Source: an uncultured Anaerolineae bacterium (lineage in GTDB: Bacteria > Chloroflexota > Anaerolineae > JACIWP01). Taken from it: a DNA stretch of 64,000 nucleotides. How positions within the stretch are numbered: position 1 is the stretch's first letter; each line of letters starts with the position of its first letter. Positions 19,759 to 28,284 of the stretch are shown one piece after another. The stretch is from positions 74,131 to 138,130 of the forward strand of contig CALIBQ010000012.1 of assembly GCA_938049385.1 (NCBI GenBank). The letters run 5' to 3'. The notes below the pieces were generated by a model. It had not been told where the DNA came from and did no database searches. It saw only the letters and a list, made by a program, of their open reading frames with translations. Position numbers and translations under genes: made by a program.

Positions 19759-21512
19759 GCGCCCTCCTGCGCCTTCGCCGGCGCGAACAGCACATCCACC
19801 ATGGCGAGCACCTGTTCGGGGGTGTAGTTGCGCAGTTTGCTGGCCTTGTTCGGGCAGACCGTGGCGCAGGCACCGCATCCCTGGCACAGCGCGGCGTTGA
19901 CCGTCACCAGGGGCTTCCAGGGATGGGGCCGGCGGGCCTCGTAGGGACAGGCCGGCACGCAGAGCTGGCAGGCGGAGCACAGCTCCGGGTCTACCCAGGC
20001 GATGGTCGGCTCCTGCACCAGTTCATGGCGCGAGAAGAGGGAGAGCACCTTGGCGGCAGCCGCGCTGGCCTGGGAGAGGGTTTCGGGAATATCCTTCGGG
20101 CCCTGTGCCGCGCCGGCCAGGTAAATGCCGGCGGTCAGGCTCTCCACCGGCCGCAGTTTGGGATGCGCCTCATTGAAAAAGCCGTGCGCATCGGTGCCCA
20201 CCCGCAGGCGCTGGGCCAGGTCACGCGCATCTGCTCGCGGCACCACCGCCGTCGCCAGCACCACCAGGTCCGCGGCGATCTCCACCTGCTGGCCGCTCAA
20301 TGTATCGGCTCCCCAGACGATGACCTTATCGCCGTCGCGGAATATCTTTGATACCTTGCCGCGCAGGTACAGCACGCGCTCCTCTTCCATAGCGGCCTGG
20401 ACGAATTCCTCGGCGCCCTTGCCGCCGGAGCGGATGTCAATATAGAAGACATAGGCCTGGCCGTCAGGAGACTGCCGGCAGAACAGCCGCGCCTGCTTGG
20501 CGGTGTACATACAGCATATCTTGGAGCAGTAGGGCATGGCGTGTTCGGGGTCGCGCGAGCCGGCACACTGCACGAAAACCACCTCTTTGGGCGGCCGGCC
20601 GTCGGAGGGCCGCAGTACCCGCCCACCGGTGGGGCCATCTGGACGCAGGAGAGCCTCCATCTCCAGGCCGGAGATGACGTCGGGGACAGCGCCGGCGCCG
20701 TACTCGGGGAGCTGTTTCATGGGATACAGGTCGAAGCCGGTGGCCACGACGATGGCGCCGACGCTTGCCTCCTGCACCTGGTCCTCGCCCCGCCGGCGGA
20801 TGCGCACCGTGAAGTTCCCCACGTAGCCGTTGAGCGATTCCACCTCGCTCTCTGTCAGGACGGTGATCTCGGGGCGTGCGCGCAAGGCATCCAGCTTCTG
20901 CGCCAGCAGGTCGCCGGCCGATTCGAAATTGAGATAGGTGCCGGAGAGCTGGGCCATGCGTCCGCCCAGTTGCGCCTCGCGCTCCACCAGCAGGACGGGG
21001 AAGCCGGCTTCGGCGATGTCCAGCGCCGCCTGGATGCCGGCAATGCCCCCGCCGATAACCAGGGCACGGCGCACCACCGGCAGGGTGAATGGGAGCAGTT
21101 CCTCATCGTAGCGCACCTTCTCGATGATGGTGCGGATGACCTCGATAGCCTTGCGGGTGGCGGCGTCCGGGTCCTTGGCGTGCACCCAGGAGACCTGCTC
21201 GCGGATGTTGGCGATCTCGACGCGATAGGGGTTCAGGCCGGCGCTCTCGGCGTTGCGCCGGAAGGTGGCCTCGTGCATGGTGGGGGAACAGGCGGCCACG
21301 ACGATGCCGTCCAGCTTCTCCTCGGCGATCTTGCGGCGGATCAGCTCCTGTCCCGGTTCGGAGCACATGTACTTGTAGTCCAGGGCCACCAGCACCGCCG
21401 GCGCATCCTTGAACGCGTCCAGCACCTGCGGGATGTCCACGGTGCCGGCGATGTTCAGACCGCAGTGGCAGACGAACAGACCGATACGGTGGGCCTTAGT
21501 TTTCGCCGGCAT
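19755..21512 (-). CDS. hdrA: Heterodisulfide reductase subunit A-like, full-length (N-terminal CHCG Cys domain + FAD + ferredoxin domains)
   Basis: N-terminal RIGLFVCHCGLNIAG; GGGIAGIQAA; VQCAGSRDPEHAMPYCSKICC; CSACQLCVPACP and CQGCGACATVCP. Confidence 0.85.
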   Translation of the reverse strand: MPAKTKAHRIGLFVCHCGLNIAGTVDIPQVLDAFKDAPAVLVALDYKYMCSEPGQELIRRKIAEEKLDGIVVAACSPTMHEATFRRNAESAGLNPYRVEIANIREQVSWVHAKDPDAATRKAIEVIRTIIEKVRYDEELLPFTLPVVRRALVIGGGIAGIQAALDIAEAGFPVLLVEREAQLGGRMAQLSGTYLNFESAGDLLAQKLDALRARPEITVLTESEVESLNGYVGNFTVRIRRRGEDQVQEASVGAIVVATGFDLYPMKQLPEYGAGAVPDVISGLEMEALLRPDGPTGGRVLRPSDGRPPKEVVFVQCAGSRDPEHAMPYCSKICCMYTAKQARLFCRQSPDGQAYVFYIDIRSGGKGAEEFVQAAMEEERVLYLRGKVSKIFRDGDKVIVWGADTLSGQQVEIAADLVVLATAVVPRADARDLAQRLRVGTDAHGFFNEAHPKLRPVESLTAGIYLAGAAQGPKDIPETLSQASAAAAKVLSLFSRHELVQEPTIAWVDPELCSACQLCVPACPYEARRPHPWKPLVTVNAALCQGCGACATVCPNKASKLRNYTPEQVLAMVDVLFAPAKAQEGA

Positions 21513-22848
21513 GGACCACCTCCGGAACAGCTTGCCAGCGGGCGAAGAGGGCGAGCACCTTGGCGGCCGCGGCGCTGGCCTGCGCGACGGTTTCGGGGAT
21601 ATCGCGCGGGCCGACCGCCGCGCCGGCGATGAACACTCCCGGCCGGCGGGTGCTCACCGGCTCCAGGTTGGGGTTGACCTCCTGCAGGAAGCCGTGCGCA
21701 TCCACGTCAATGCCCAGCAGTTCTGCCAGCCGGCGCGTCTCCGGCCGCGGCACGATGGCCGTTGCCAGCACTACCATGTCCGCGGCGATCTCCACCTGCT
21801 GGCCGCTGAGGGTATCCGCCCCCCAAACCACCACTTTGTCGCCGTCGCGGAAAATCTTGGAGACCTTGCCGCGCAGGTACAGCACGCGGTCCTCCTCGAC
21901 GGCGCGCTGGAGAAACTCCTCATAGCGCCGGCCGGCGGTGCGGATGTCAATGTAAAAGACGTAGGCCTGGCCGTTCGGCACCCGATGGCGGTACAGCATG
22001 GCGTGCTTGGCGGTGTACATACAGCAGATGGTAGAGCAGTAGGGCATGGCCTTTTCCGGGTCGCGCGAGCCGGCACACTGCACGAAAACCACTTCTTTCG
22101 GCTCGCGCCCGTCGGAGGGCCGGCGGATTTTGCCGGCGGTGGGGCCGGAGGCGGACAGCAGTCGCTCGAAGGCCAGGCCGCTGATGACGTCCGGCACCTG
22201 GCCGGCGCCGTACTCGCCCAGGCGCGTTACATCGTACAGGTCATAGCCGGTGGCCAGGATGACGGCGCCGGCCTCAATCTCGAACAGCGCATCCTCCTGG
22301 TCGTAGGCGATAGCACCGGTAGGACAGAACTTCTCGCAGACGCGGCATTTGCCCTGGGTGAAGAAGCGGCAGCGCGCTTTATCAATGATCGGCTTGTTGG
22401 GCACGGCCTGCGGGGAAAGGGTGTAGATGGCCTTGCGCCGGCCCAGGCCCATATCAAAATCGGACTCCACACGCGTCGGGCATTTCTCGATGCACACGCC
22501 GCAGCCGGTGCAGATATCCCAGTTGACGCCGGCCGCGCGCCGGCGGATGCGCGCCCGGAAATGTCCGACCTCCCCCTGGATGTCCTCGACCTCGGCGTAG
22601 GTGATGAGATGGATGTTGGGATGGTGGCCAACCTCAACGGTGCGCGGGGTCAGGATGCACTGGGCGCAGTCCAGGGTGGGGAAGGTCTCCGATAACTGCG
22701 CCATGTGCCCGCCGATGGAGGGGAGCTTCTCCACCAGGGTAACCTCGTAGCCGGAATTGGCGATATCCAGCGCGGCCTGCATGCCGGCGATGCCGGCGCC
22801 GATGATGAGGGCATGCGGGTTCGGCGCACCAGTGTGCCGGGTCATCAT
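21496..22848 (-). CDS. hdrA: Heterodisulfide reductase subunit A-like paralog lacking the N-terminal Cys domain
   Basis: Starts directly at IIGAGIAGMQAA; inserted ferredoxin CTGCGVCIEKCP, CRVCEKFCP; VQCAGSRDPEKAMPYCSTICC; long stretches ~85% nt-identical to 19755-21512. Confidence 0.85.
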   Translation of the reverse strand: MMTRHTGAPNPHALIIGAGIAGMQAALDIANSGYEVTLVEKLPSIGGHMAQLSETFPTLDCAQCILTPRTVEVGHHPNIHLITYAEVEDIQGEVGHFRARIRRRAAGVNWDICTGCGVCIEKCPTRVESDFDMGLGRRKAIYTLSPQAVPNKPIIDKARCRFFTQGKCRVCEKFCPTGAIAYDQEDALFEIEAGAVILATGYDLYDVTRLGEYGAGQVPDVISGLAFERLLSASGPTAGKIRRPSDGREPKEVVFVQCAGSRDPEKAMPYCSTICCMYTAKHAMLYRHRVPNGQAYVFYIDIRTAGRRYEEFLQRAVEEDRVLYLRGKVSKIFRDGDKVVVWGADTLSGQQVEIAADMVVLATAIVPRPETRRLAELLGIDVDAHGFLQEVNPNLEPVSTRRPGVFIAGAAVGPRDIPETVAQASAAAAKVLALFARWQAVPEVVHAGEN

Positions 22849-23747
22849 GGGGCTTTCACCTCTCCCAGAACGCCGGCCTGCGTCAGCACCGGTCGGGGGT
22901 CCACATAATGCTGTTCGAAGCCGTAGCCGCTGGTGTCCAGGCCGAAGGCCAGGCCCATCAACTGGGTGAAGTACAGCACCGGCAGGGGTCGATACGAGGC
23001 ATACTGCTGGCGCAGGCGGGCCTGGAGCCAGTCCAGGTTGAACTGGCACAGCGGGCAGGCGGTGGCAAGCACATGCGCGCCGGCCCGCTCTGCGGCCGAA
23101 AGGATGCGGTACGACATGGGCATGGAGGCCTCAGGGGACTTCACCGTCAGGTATGCCCCACAGCACTCGCCGCGATGGGGGTAGTCCACCACCTCGGCGC
23201 CCAGCGCCGCCAGGAGCTGGTCCATGATGTCCGGGCGCTCCGGGTCATCCAGGGCGATCTCGGCCGCCGGCCGCAGGAGCATACATCCGTAATAGGCGGC
23301 CGCACGCAGACCCCGCAGGCCCGGCACGGCGCACTGTCGGATGGCTTCCAGGCCGATATCATGCACGAAAATGTCCAGCAGATGCCGCACCTCGACCTGG
23401 CCGGCATACGGCTGGGGCCGCTCCAGGAAGGCGTTCAATTTTTCCAGCGTCTCAGGGTTATTGCGGAGGAAGTGGTTGGTGCGGCGCAGGACGTTGAAGC
23501 AGGTGGCACAGGCCACAGCCAGGGTATCGCCGCCGGCCTCGGCCGTGCTGACCAGGTTGCGCGCCGGGCCGGCCAGGTCCAGCACGTTGTCGGTGGAGAG
23601 GGGGAAGGTCGCCCCACAGCAGTTCCATTCGGGCAGGGTGACCAGCTCCACCCCCAGCGCGCCGGCGGCATCCTTCGCGGAGCGGTTGAAGCCCACCGCC
23701 TTGGTCTCCAGCGTACAGCCGGGAAAGTAGAAATAGCGCATCTTCAC
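22845..23747 (-). CDS. hdrB: Heterodisulfide reductase subunit B-like (two CCG domains), copy 1
   Basis: FPGCTL, WNCCGAT, ACATCF, YYGCML, ECCGAY, ACPLCQ; ATGA overlap with the downstream hdrA. Confidence 0.85.
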   Translation of the reverse strand: MKMRYFYFPGCTLETKAVGFNRSAKDAAGALGVELVTLPEWNCCGATFPLSTDNVLDLAGPARNLVSTAEAGGDTLAVACATCFNVLRRTNHFLRNNPETLEKLNAFLERPQPYAGQVEVRHLLDIFVHDIGLEAIRQCAVPGLRGLRAAAYYGCMLLRPAAEIALDDPERPDIMDQLLAALGAEVVDYPHRGECCGAYLTVKSPEASMPMSYRILSAAERAGAHVLATACPLCQFNLDWLQARLRQQYASYRPLPVLYFTQLMGLAFGLDTSGYGFEQHYVDPRPVLTQAGVLGEVKAP

Positions 23748-23777
23748 GCTCCAGTGCGTGTAATGATCTGCTCGGCG

Positions 23778-24185
23778 TCAGGCCGTGTATTTGCGGAAGC
23801 CGGCAATGAATGCCTGCTGAGGGAACTCGGCCAGCGCCTGCACATCCAGCCGGGCGATCTCCAGATGATCGCCTCGCTTCTGCATGGCCAGCTCCCGCAG
23901 GGCCTCCATCAGCCGCGGCAGGTCTACCCCTTTGGGACAGCGCGCGTAGCAGGTCTGGCAGGCCGCGCAGTACCAGATGGTCTGGCTTTCCAACGCGCGC
24001 TCGACCTGGCCCAATTGGACCAGCCGGATGATCTGGTTGGGCAGGAGGTCCATGACCTCCGCGGCCGGACAGCCGGCGGAGCACTTGCCGCAGTGATAGC
24101 AGGCCATCACATCCTGGCCGCTGACCTCCTCAATGCGCCGCACCCATTCGGAACGCACCTGCTCGACAGAAATTGTCACGCGCAT
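23778..24185 (-). CDS. hdrC: Heterodisulfide reductase subunit C-like (2x[4Fe-4S]), copy 1
   Basis: CYHCGKCSAGCP and CAACQTCYARCP. Confidence 0.8.
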   Translation of the reverse strand: MRVTISVEQVRSEWVRRIEEVSGQDVMACYHCGKCSAGCPAAEVMDLLPNQIIRLVQLGQVERALESQTIWYCAACQTCYARCPKGVDLPRLMEALRELAMQKRGDHLEIARLDVQALAEFPQQAFIAGFRKYTA

Positions 24186-24188
24186 GGG

Positions 24189-24785
24189 TTACACCTTCTG
24201 CAGGAGTTTGCGGTACTTTTCCCGCTCCGCAACATAGGCATCGCCGCCGTAGATGTCGTTGATGACAATAGCCGGGAAGTCCACCACTGTCAGTTCTTGG
24301 ATCGCCTCCGGCCCCAGGTCTTCATAGGCGATGACGCGGGCGGCGACGATACTGCGGGAGATGAGCGCGCCGGCGCCGCCGGTAGCGGCGAAGTAGACGC
24401 ACTGATAGCGCTTCATCGCCTCGATGACCTCGGGGGCACGTTCCCCTTTGCCGATCATGCCCTTGATGCCGGCGGCCATCAGGCGCGGGGCATAGGCGTC
24501 CATGCGGTAGCTGGTGGTGGGGCCGGCGGAACCAATGGGGCGGCCGGGCTTGGCCGGCGAAGGGCCCATATAATAAACGACCTGGCCGGCGGGGTCAAAG
24601 GGAAGCGGTTCGCCGCGTTCCAGGGCCTCGACCATGCGCTTGTGCGCCGCGTCGCGCGCCACATAAATGATGCCGTTGATGAGAACCTTGTCGCCGGCGC
24701 GCAGGGGCGTGATCTGCTCCAGGGTGAGGGGTGTAGTCAGGCGAATTCCTGTCTTTTCCATGACCGTGTTCCTTTCGTCGCTCAC
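24189..24785 (-). CDS. Class I fumarate hydratase beta subunit (Fe-S hydro-lyase, tartrate/fumarate family, beta region)
   Basis: 198 aa with the FumA C-terminal/TtdB-like catalytic domain (IKGMIGKGER, ATGGAGAL). Confidence 0.8.
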   Translation of the reverse strand: MSDERNTVMEKTGIRLTTPLTLEQITPLRAGDKVLINGIIYVARDAAHKRMVEALERGEPLPFDPAGQVVYYMGPSPAKPGRPIGSAGPTTSYRMDAYAPRLMAAGIKGMIGKGERAPEVIEAMKRYQCVYFAATGGAGALISRSIVAARVIAYEDLGPEAIQELTVVDFPAIVINDIYGGDAYVAEREKYRKLLQKV

Positions 24786-25627
24786 AAGATAGCTTCTTTA
24801 TGGCGCGCCGCATGGCACTGGATGTTCACCGCCACCGGCATGCTGGCCAGGTGGCATGGATGGGTCTCCACATGCACGGCCAAGGCCGTTGTACGGCCGC
24901 CCAATCCCTGCGGGCCGATGCCGGTGCGGTTGATGCGCTCCAGCAGTTCCCGCTCCAGGTCTGCCACCTCTGGCTCTGGATGGTGTTCGCCCACTGGGCG
25001 GAGCAGGGCGTGTTTCGCCAGCGCCATGGCCTTATCGGCGCTCCCGCCGATGCCAACCCCGACGATGATAGGCGGGCAGGGGTTGGCGCCGGCCTTTTCC
25101 ACGCTTGCCACGACGAAGTCCACGATGCCCTGCCGGCCGGCCGCCGGCGGCATCATCGAGAGGAAGCTCATGTTCTCACTGCCGCCGCCCTTGGGCAGGA
25201 CGATCAGCTTGAGCTGGTCTCCGGGAACAAGCCGCACGTGGATCACTGCCGGCGTGTTATCGCGGGTGTTCTTGCGCGCCCCAAAAGGCGGGTACACCAT
25301 GGACTTACGCAGATAGCCCTCGGTATAGCCCTGACGCACCCCCTCATTGACGGCATCCTCAAACGCACCACCAACAATATGTACATCCTGACCCACTTCA
25401 GCGAAGACCACGGTCAGGCCAGTGTCCTGACAGATGGGGACCTCCTCCTGTCGGGCAATGGCGGCGTTCTCCAGGATTTGGTCGAGGATTTCCCGCCCCA
25501 GCGGTGAAATCTCCTGTTCGCGAGCCTTCTGCAGGGCTTGGACAACGTCCTCTCCCAGGAAGTAATTGGCCTCCATGCAGAGGCGCTTGACCGTCTGTAC
25601 GATGTCTTGAAAGGAGATCTCTTTCAT
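24782..25627 (-). CDS. Class I fumarate hydratase alpha subunit (Fe-S hydro-lyase alpha region)
   Basis: FumA N-terminal/TtdA-like domain with cluster cysteines (…PICQDTG…, …NPCPP…, …QCH…); start chosen at MKEISFQ; first gene of the long minus-strand operon. Confidence 0.8.
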   Translation of the reverse strand: MKEISFQDIVQTVKRLCMEANYFLGEDVVQALQKAREQEISPLGREILDQILENAAIARQEEVPICQDTGLTVVFAEVGQDVHIVGGAFEDAVNEGVRQGYTEGYLRKSMVYPPFGARKNTRDNTPAVIHVRLVPGDQLKLIVLPKGGGSENMSFLSMMPPAAGRQGIVDFVVASVEKAGANPCPPIIVGVGIGGSADKAMALAKHALLRPVGEHHPEPEVADLERELLERINRTGIGPQGLGGRTTALAVHVETHPCHLASMPVAVNIQCHAARHKEAIL

Positions 25628-25694
25628 GGATGGCGTCCTCCCGCCTGCGTATGTAGGATGTGGTACCTGCTCTGCCCTAGGGGGAATAAAACAA

Positions 25695-25758
25695 CAGGAC
25701 ACGTTTGGTCAGACTGCCGGCGCAGTTGGCGGCCGGTCTCCCACGCAAACGTGTCCTG
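25695..25758. promoter_or_regulatory. 13-bp perfect inverted repeat CAGGACACGTTTG-N38-CAAACGTGTCCTG in the leader/promoter region of the fum-hdr-sdh operon
   Basis: Seen directly in sequence, 70-130 nt upstream of the fumarase-alpha start on the minus strand. Confidence 0.35.
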
Positions 25759-25948
25759 TGCGGAAACCCATGTCCTTCCTATGGGTAAACCTCGTTTCCC
25801 GGCACGACCTGCATGCCAACCGACAGCGATTATGGGCCGCATGGATGGTTCATCTTCACCAATAAAAATTGTTCAATATGCTGTCAATGCCAGCCTGTGC
25901 TCCATTATAATACGAGCAAGGCTTTTGTCCAAATGTGAAACAGATTGC

Positions 25949-25977
25949 TTGAACTCTCCAAACTTTTGTGATATAAT
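25949..25977 (+). promoter_or_regulatory. Sigma70-like promoter (TTGAAC-N17-TGaTATAAT, extended -10) for the ABC-transporter operon
   Basis: Consensus-like hexamers in an AT-rich island; gives a ~165-nt structured 5' UTR before the SBP start at 26148. Confidence 0.45.
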
Positions 25978-26147
25978 GGCGTTGGCCGATGAAACATTGA
26001 CGTTTCCTCGCGCGGCGTGCGGTTCCCTTGCGGCCCATTCCTCATCATGACAGTCCGAGAGACAGGTTGTACTGTCTGTTGCGGGTTACTGGCATGGCGG
26101 CCATGCCAATATCATCATTCCCCGAGAGAGAGGGAGGAGGTCTAACC

Positions 26148-27278
26148 ATGGGTCACAAAGTCTGGAAGCTGTTGGTGCTGTTGGTAGTGGCAGTGCTGGT
26201 AGCCGCATGCGCGCCGGCGACACCCACGCCAGCCCCGCAGGCGACTCAGCCGGCGGCCGGCCAGGTGTGCACCGTGGGCTTCATCAACCACCTCACCGGC
26301 GATGCCGCGGCGTATGGCCAAAGTATGAAGAAGGGCGTTGAGCTGGCGCTGGATAAGATCAACGCCAACGGCGAGAAAATCCGCGTCATCTTCGAGGATG
26401 ACCGCCTCTCCGCCGCAGACGCCCAGACGGCCTTCCTGAAACTGGTGGACAGCGACAAGGTTCCCGTCATCCTCGGCTCCGGCTCTAGCACTGTGACGCT
26501 GTCGCTCTGTCCCAAGGCGGAAGAGCGCAAGGTGGTGCTCATTTCCTCTATCTCCACGGCGCCGGCGCTGAAGCAGTGCGGCGACTACGTCTTCTCCGCC
26601 ATGGCATCCGATGATGCCCAAGGCCCCGAATGGGCGAAGGTGGCCGAATATCTGAAGGCCGATGAAGTGGCCGTGATGTACCTCAACAACGACTACGGTA
26701 TCGGCGTCAAGGATGCCTTCCTCGCCTCGTACAAGGGCAAGGTGCTCATCGCTCAGCCCTTTGAGCTGGGCGCCAAGGACTTCCGCACCGAAATCCTGAA
26801 AGTCAAAGCCACCAACCCCAAGGTGGTGTTCATCGTGGACCATGTGGCGGAAGGCAGTATCGTCATCAAGCAGGCCGCCGAGCTGGGCATGAATGTGCAG
26901 TGGGTCACCGACGTTTCCATGGTGGCGAAGGAAGTGATTGACCTGGCCGGCGCGGCCGCCGAGGGCATCATGGGCCTGCGGGCCGGCAGTACCCAGACTC
27001 CGGAGTACAAGGAGTTTGAGGCGGCCTTCCAGAAGAAGTTCAACGAGCCACCCACCATCTGGGCCGACTTCTCCTATGACACCATGATGCTGGTAGCTAT
27101 GGCCATCGACAAGTACGGATGCAACTCCGAGGGCATCCAGAAAGGCCTGATGGAGGTTTCGCAGAGCTACGTTGGCCCGTCCGGCCCCAAGGCCTTCAAC
27201 GAGTACGGCATCTCCCAGGGCGTCTACGAGTGGATGGTGGTCAAGGACGGGAAGTGGGTCCTGTACGAGAAGAAGTAA
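26148..27278 (+). CDS. ABC transporter substrate-binding lipoprotein, Liv (branched-chain amino acid/amide) family
   Basis: Signal peptide + lipobox (LVAACAP), periplasmic binding protein type I fold; GGGAGGAGG RBS. Confidence 0.85.
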   Translation: MGHKVWKLLVLLVVAVLVAACAPATPTPAPQATQPAAGQVCTVGFINHLTGDAAAYGQSMKKGVELALDKINANGEKIRVIFEDDRLSAADAQTAFLKLVDSDKVPVILGSGSSTVTLSLCPKAEERKVVLISSISTAPALKQCGDYVFSAMASDDAQGPEWAKVAEYLKADEVAVMYLNNDYGIGVKDAFLASYKGKVLIAQPFELGAKDFRTEILKVKATNPKVVFIVDHVAEGSIVIKQAAELGMNVQWVTDVSMVAKEVIDLAGAAAEGIMGLRAGSTQTPEYKEFEAAFQKKFNEPPTIWADFSYDTMMLVAMAIDKYGCNSEGIQKGLMEVSQSYVGPSGPKAFNEYGISQGVYEWMVVKDGKWVLYEKK

Positions 27279-27374
27279 CCCTTTCCCAAGCTGTTACAAC
27301 AGGTTGACCCTGCAGATGAGGTGCCAGGCCGGCCGGCCTGGCACCTCAAAACCGCCACGCAACAGGAGTCATGG

Positions 27375-28259
27375 ATGGATATCTTCGCGCAGTTGCTGGT
27401 TAACGGGTTGATTGCCGGCGGTACGTATGCTCTCGCAGCCATCGGCTACTCGATGGTTTACAGCATCCTTAAGTTCATCAACTTCGCCCACGGTTCTATC
27501 GCCATGGTGGGCGCGTACATCACCTTTTTCCTCGCCATTCAAAGCCTGCATTTACCCCTGCCGGCGGCCTTCTTCCTCTCGATGCTCCTCACCGCCCTGC
27601 TGGGCATCAGCGTGGAGCGCATCGCCTACCGCCCCCTGCGGCGCGCCCCCAAACTCGCCACCCTGACCACCGCCATCGCGGTCTCCTTCGTGCTCGATGC
27701 GGCGGTCATGATCCTGATGGGGGCGGATATCAAGACCTTCTCCCTGCCGGTGATGCAGGGATACAGCATCGGGCCGGTGCTCATCACCCCGGTGCAGATC
27801 ATCATCATCGGCGCCAGCCTGCTCTTTATGCTTCTGCTGTACATCCTGCTGACGCGCACGAAGCTGGGCAAGGCCATTCGCGCTGTCGCCGATGACCCCA
27901 GCCTGGCGGAGGCCAGCGGCATCAACGCCAACGTGGTCATCGCCGCGGTGTTCGGCATCGGTTCGGCGCTGGCGGCGGCCGCCGGCTCACTCATCGGCCT
28001 GGACACGAACCTTCAGCCCACGATGGGCTTTCTCATCACCATAAAGGCCTTTGCCGCTGTGGTGCTGGGTGGCCTGGGAAGCGTGTATGGAGCGATCGTT
28101 GGGGGATTCATTATCGGCATCGTGGAGAACCTAGGCGTGTGGGTGATTCCCCCGGTTTGGAAGGACACCATTGCCTACGGCATCCTGATCCTGGTGCTGT
28201 TCGTGTGGCCGGCCGGCCTCTTTGGCTCCGTCGAGGAAGCCGGCGTCCTTCAGCAGTAG
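27375..28259 (+). CDS. livH: ABC transporter permease, LivH-like
   Basis: Multi-TM BPD permease; AGGAG RBS. Confidence 0.8.
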   Translation: MDIFAQLLVNGLIAGGTYALAAIGYSMVYSILKFINFAHGSIAMVGAYITFFLAIQSLHLPLPAAFFLSMLLTALLGISVERIAYRPLRRAPKLATLTTAIAVSFVLDAAVMILMGADIKTFSLPVMQGYSIGPVLITPVQIIIIGASLLFMLLLYILLTRTKLGKAIRAVADDPSLAEASGINANVVIAAVFGIGSALAAAAGSLIGLDTNLQPTMGFLITIKAFAAVVLGGLGSVYGAIVGGFIIGIVENLGVWVIPPVWKDTIAYGILILVLFVWPAGLFGSVEEAGVLQQ

Positions 28260-28284
28260 CCCTGGGAGGGAGGATATACCGAGG

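Noticed and set aside
18332-24185. Calling the hdr locus an sHdr sulfur-oxidation system
   Set aside because: The gene order resembles sHdr, but there are no lipoate-binding protein, DsrE or TusA genes. The locus is embedded in a fumarase/Sdh operon. It is treated as an uncharacterised Hdr-like system instead.
25538-26050. 170-aa ORF in the large intergenic region upstream of the fumarase gene
   Set aside because: It overlaps the fumarase alpha start in antisense and spans an AT-rich promoter region. It has no RBS or domain similarity, and the region is better explained as divergent promoters plus leader.
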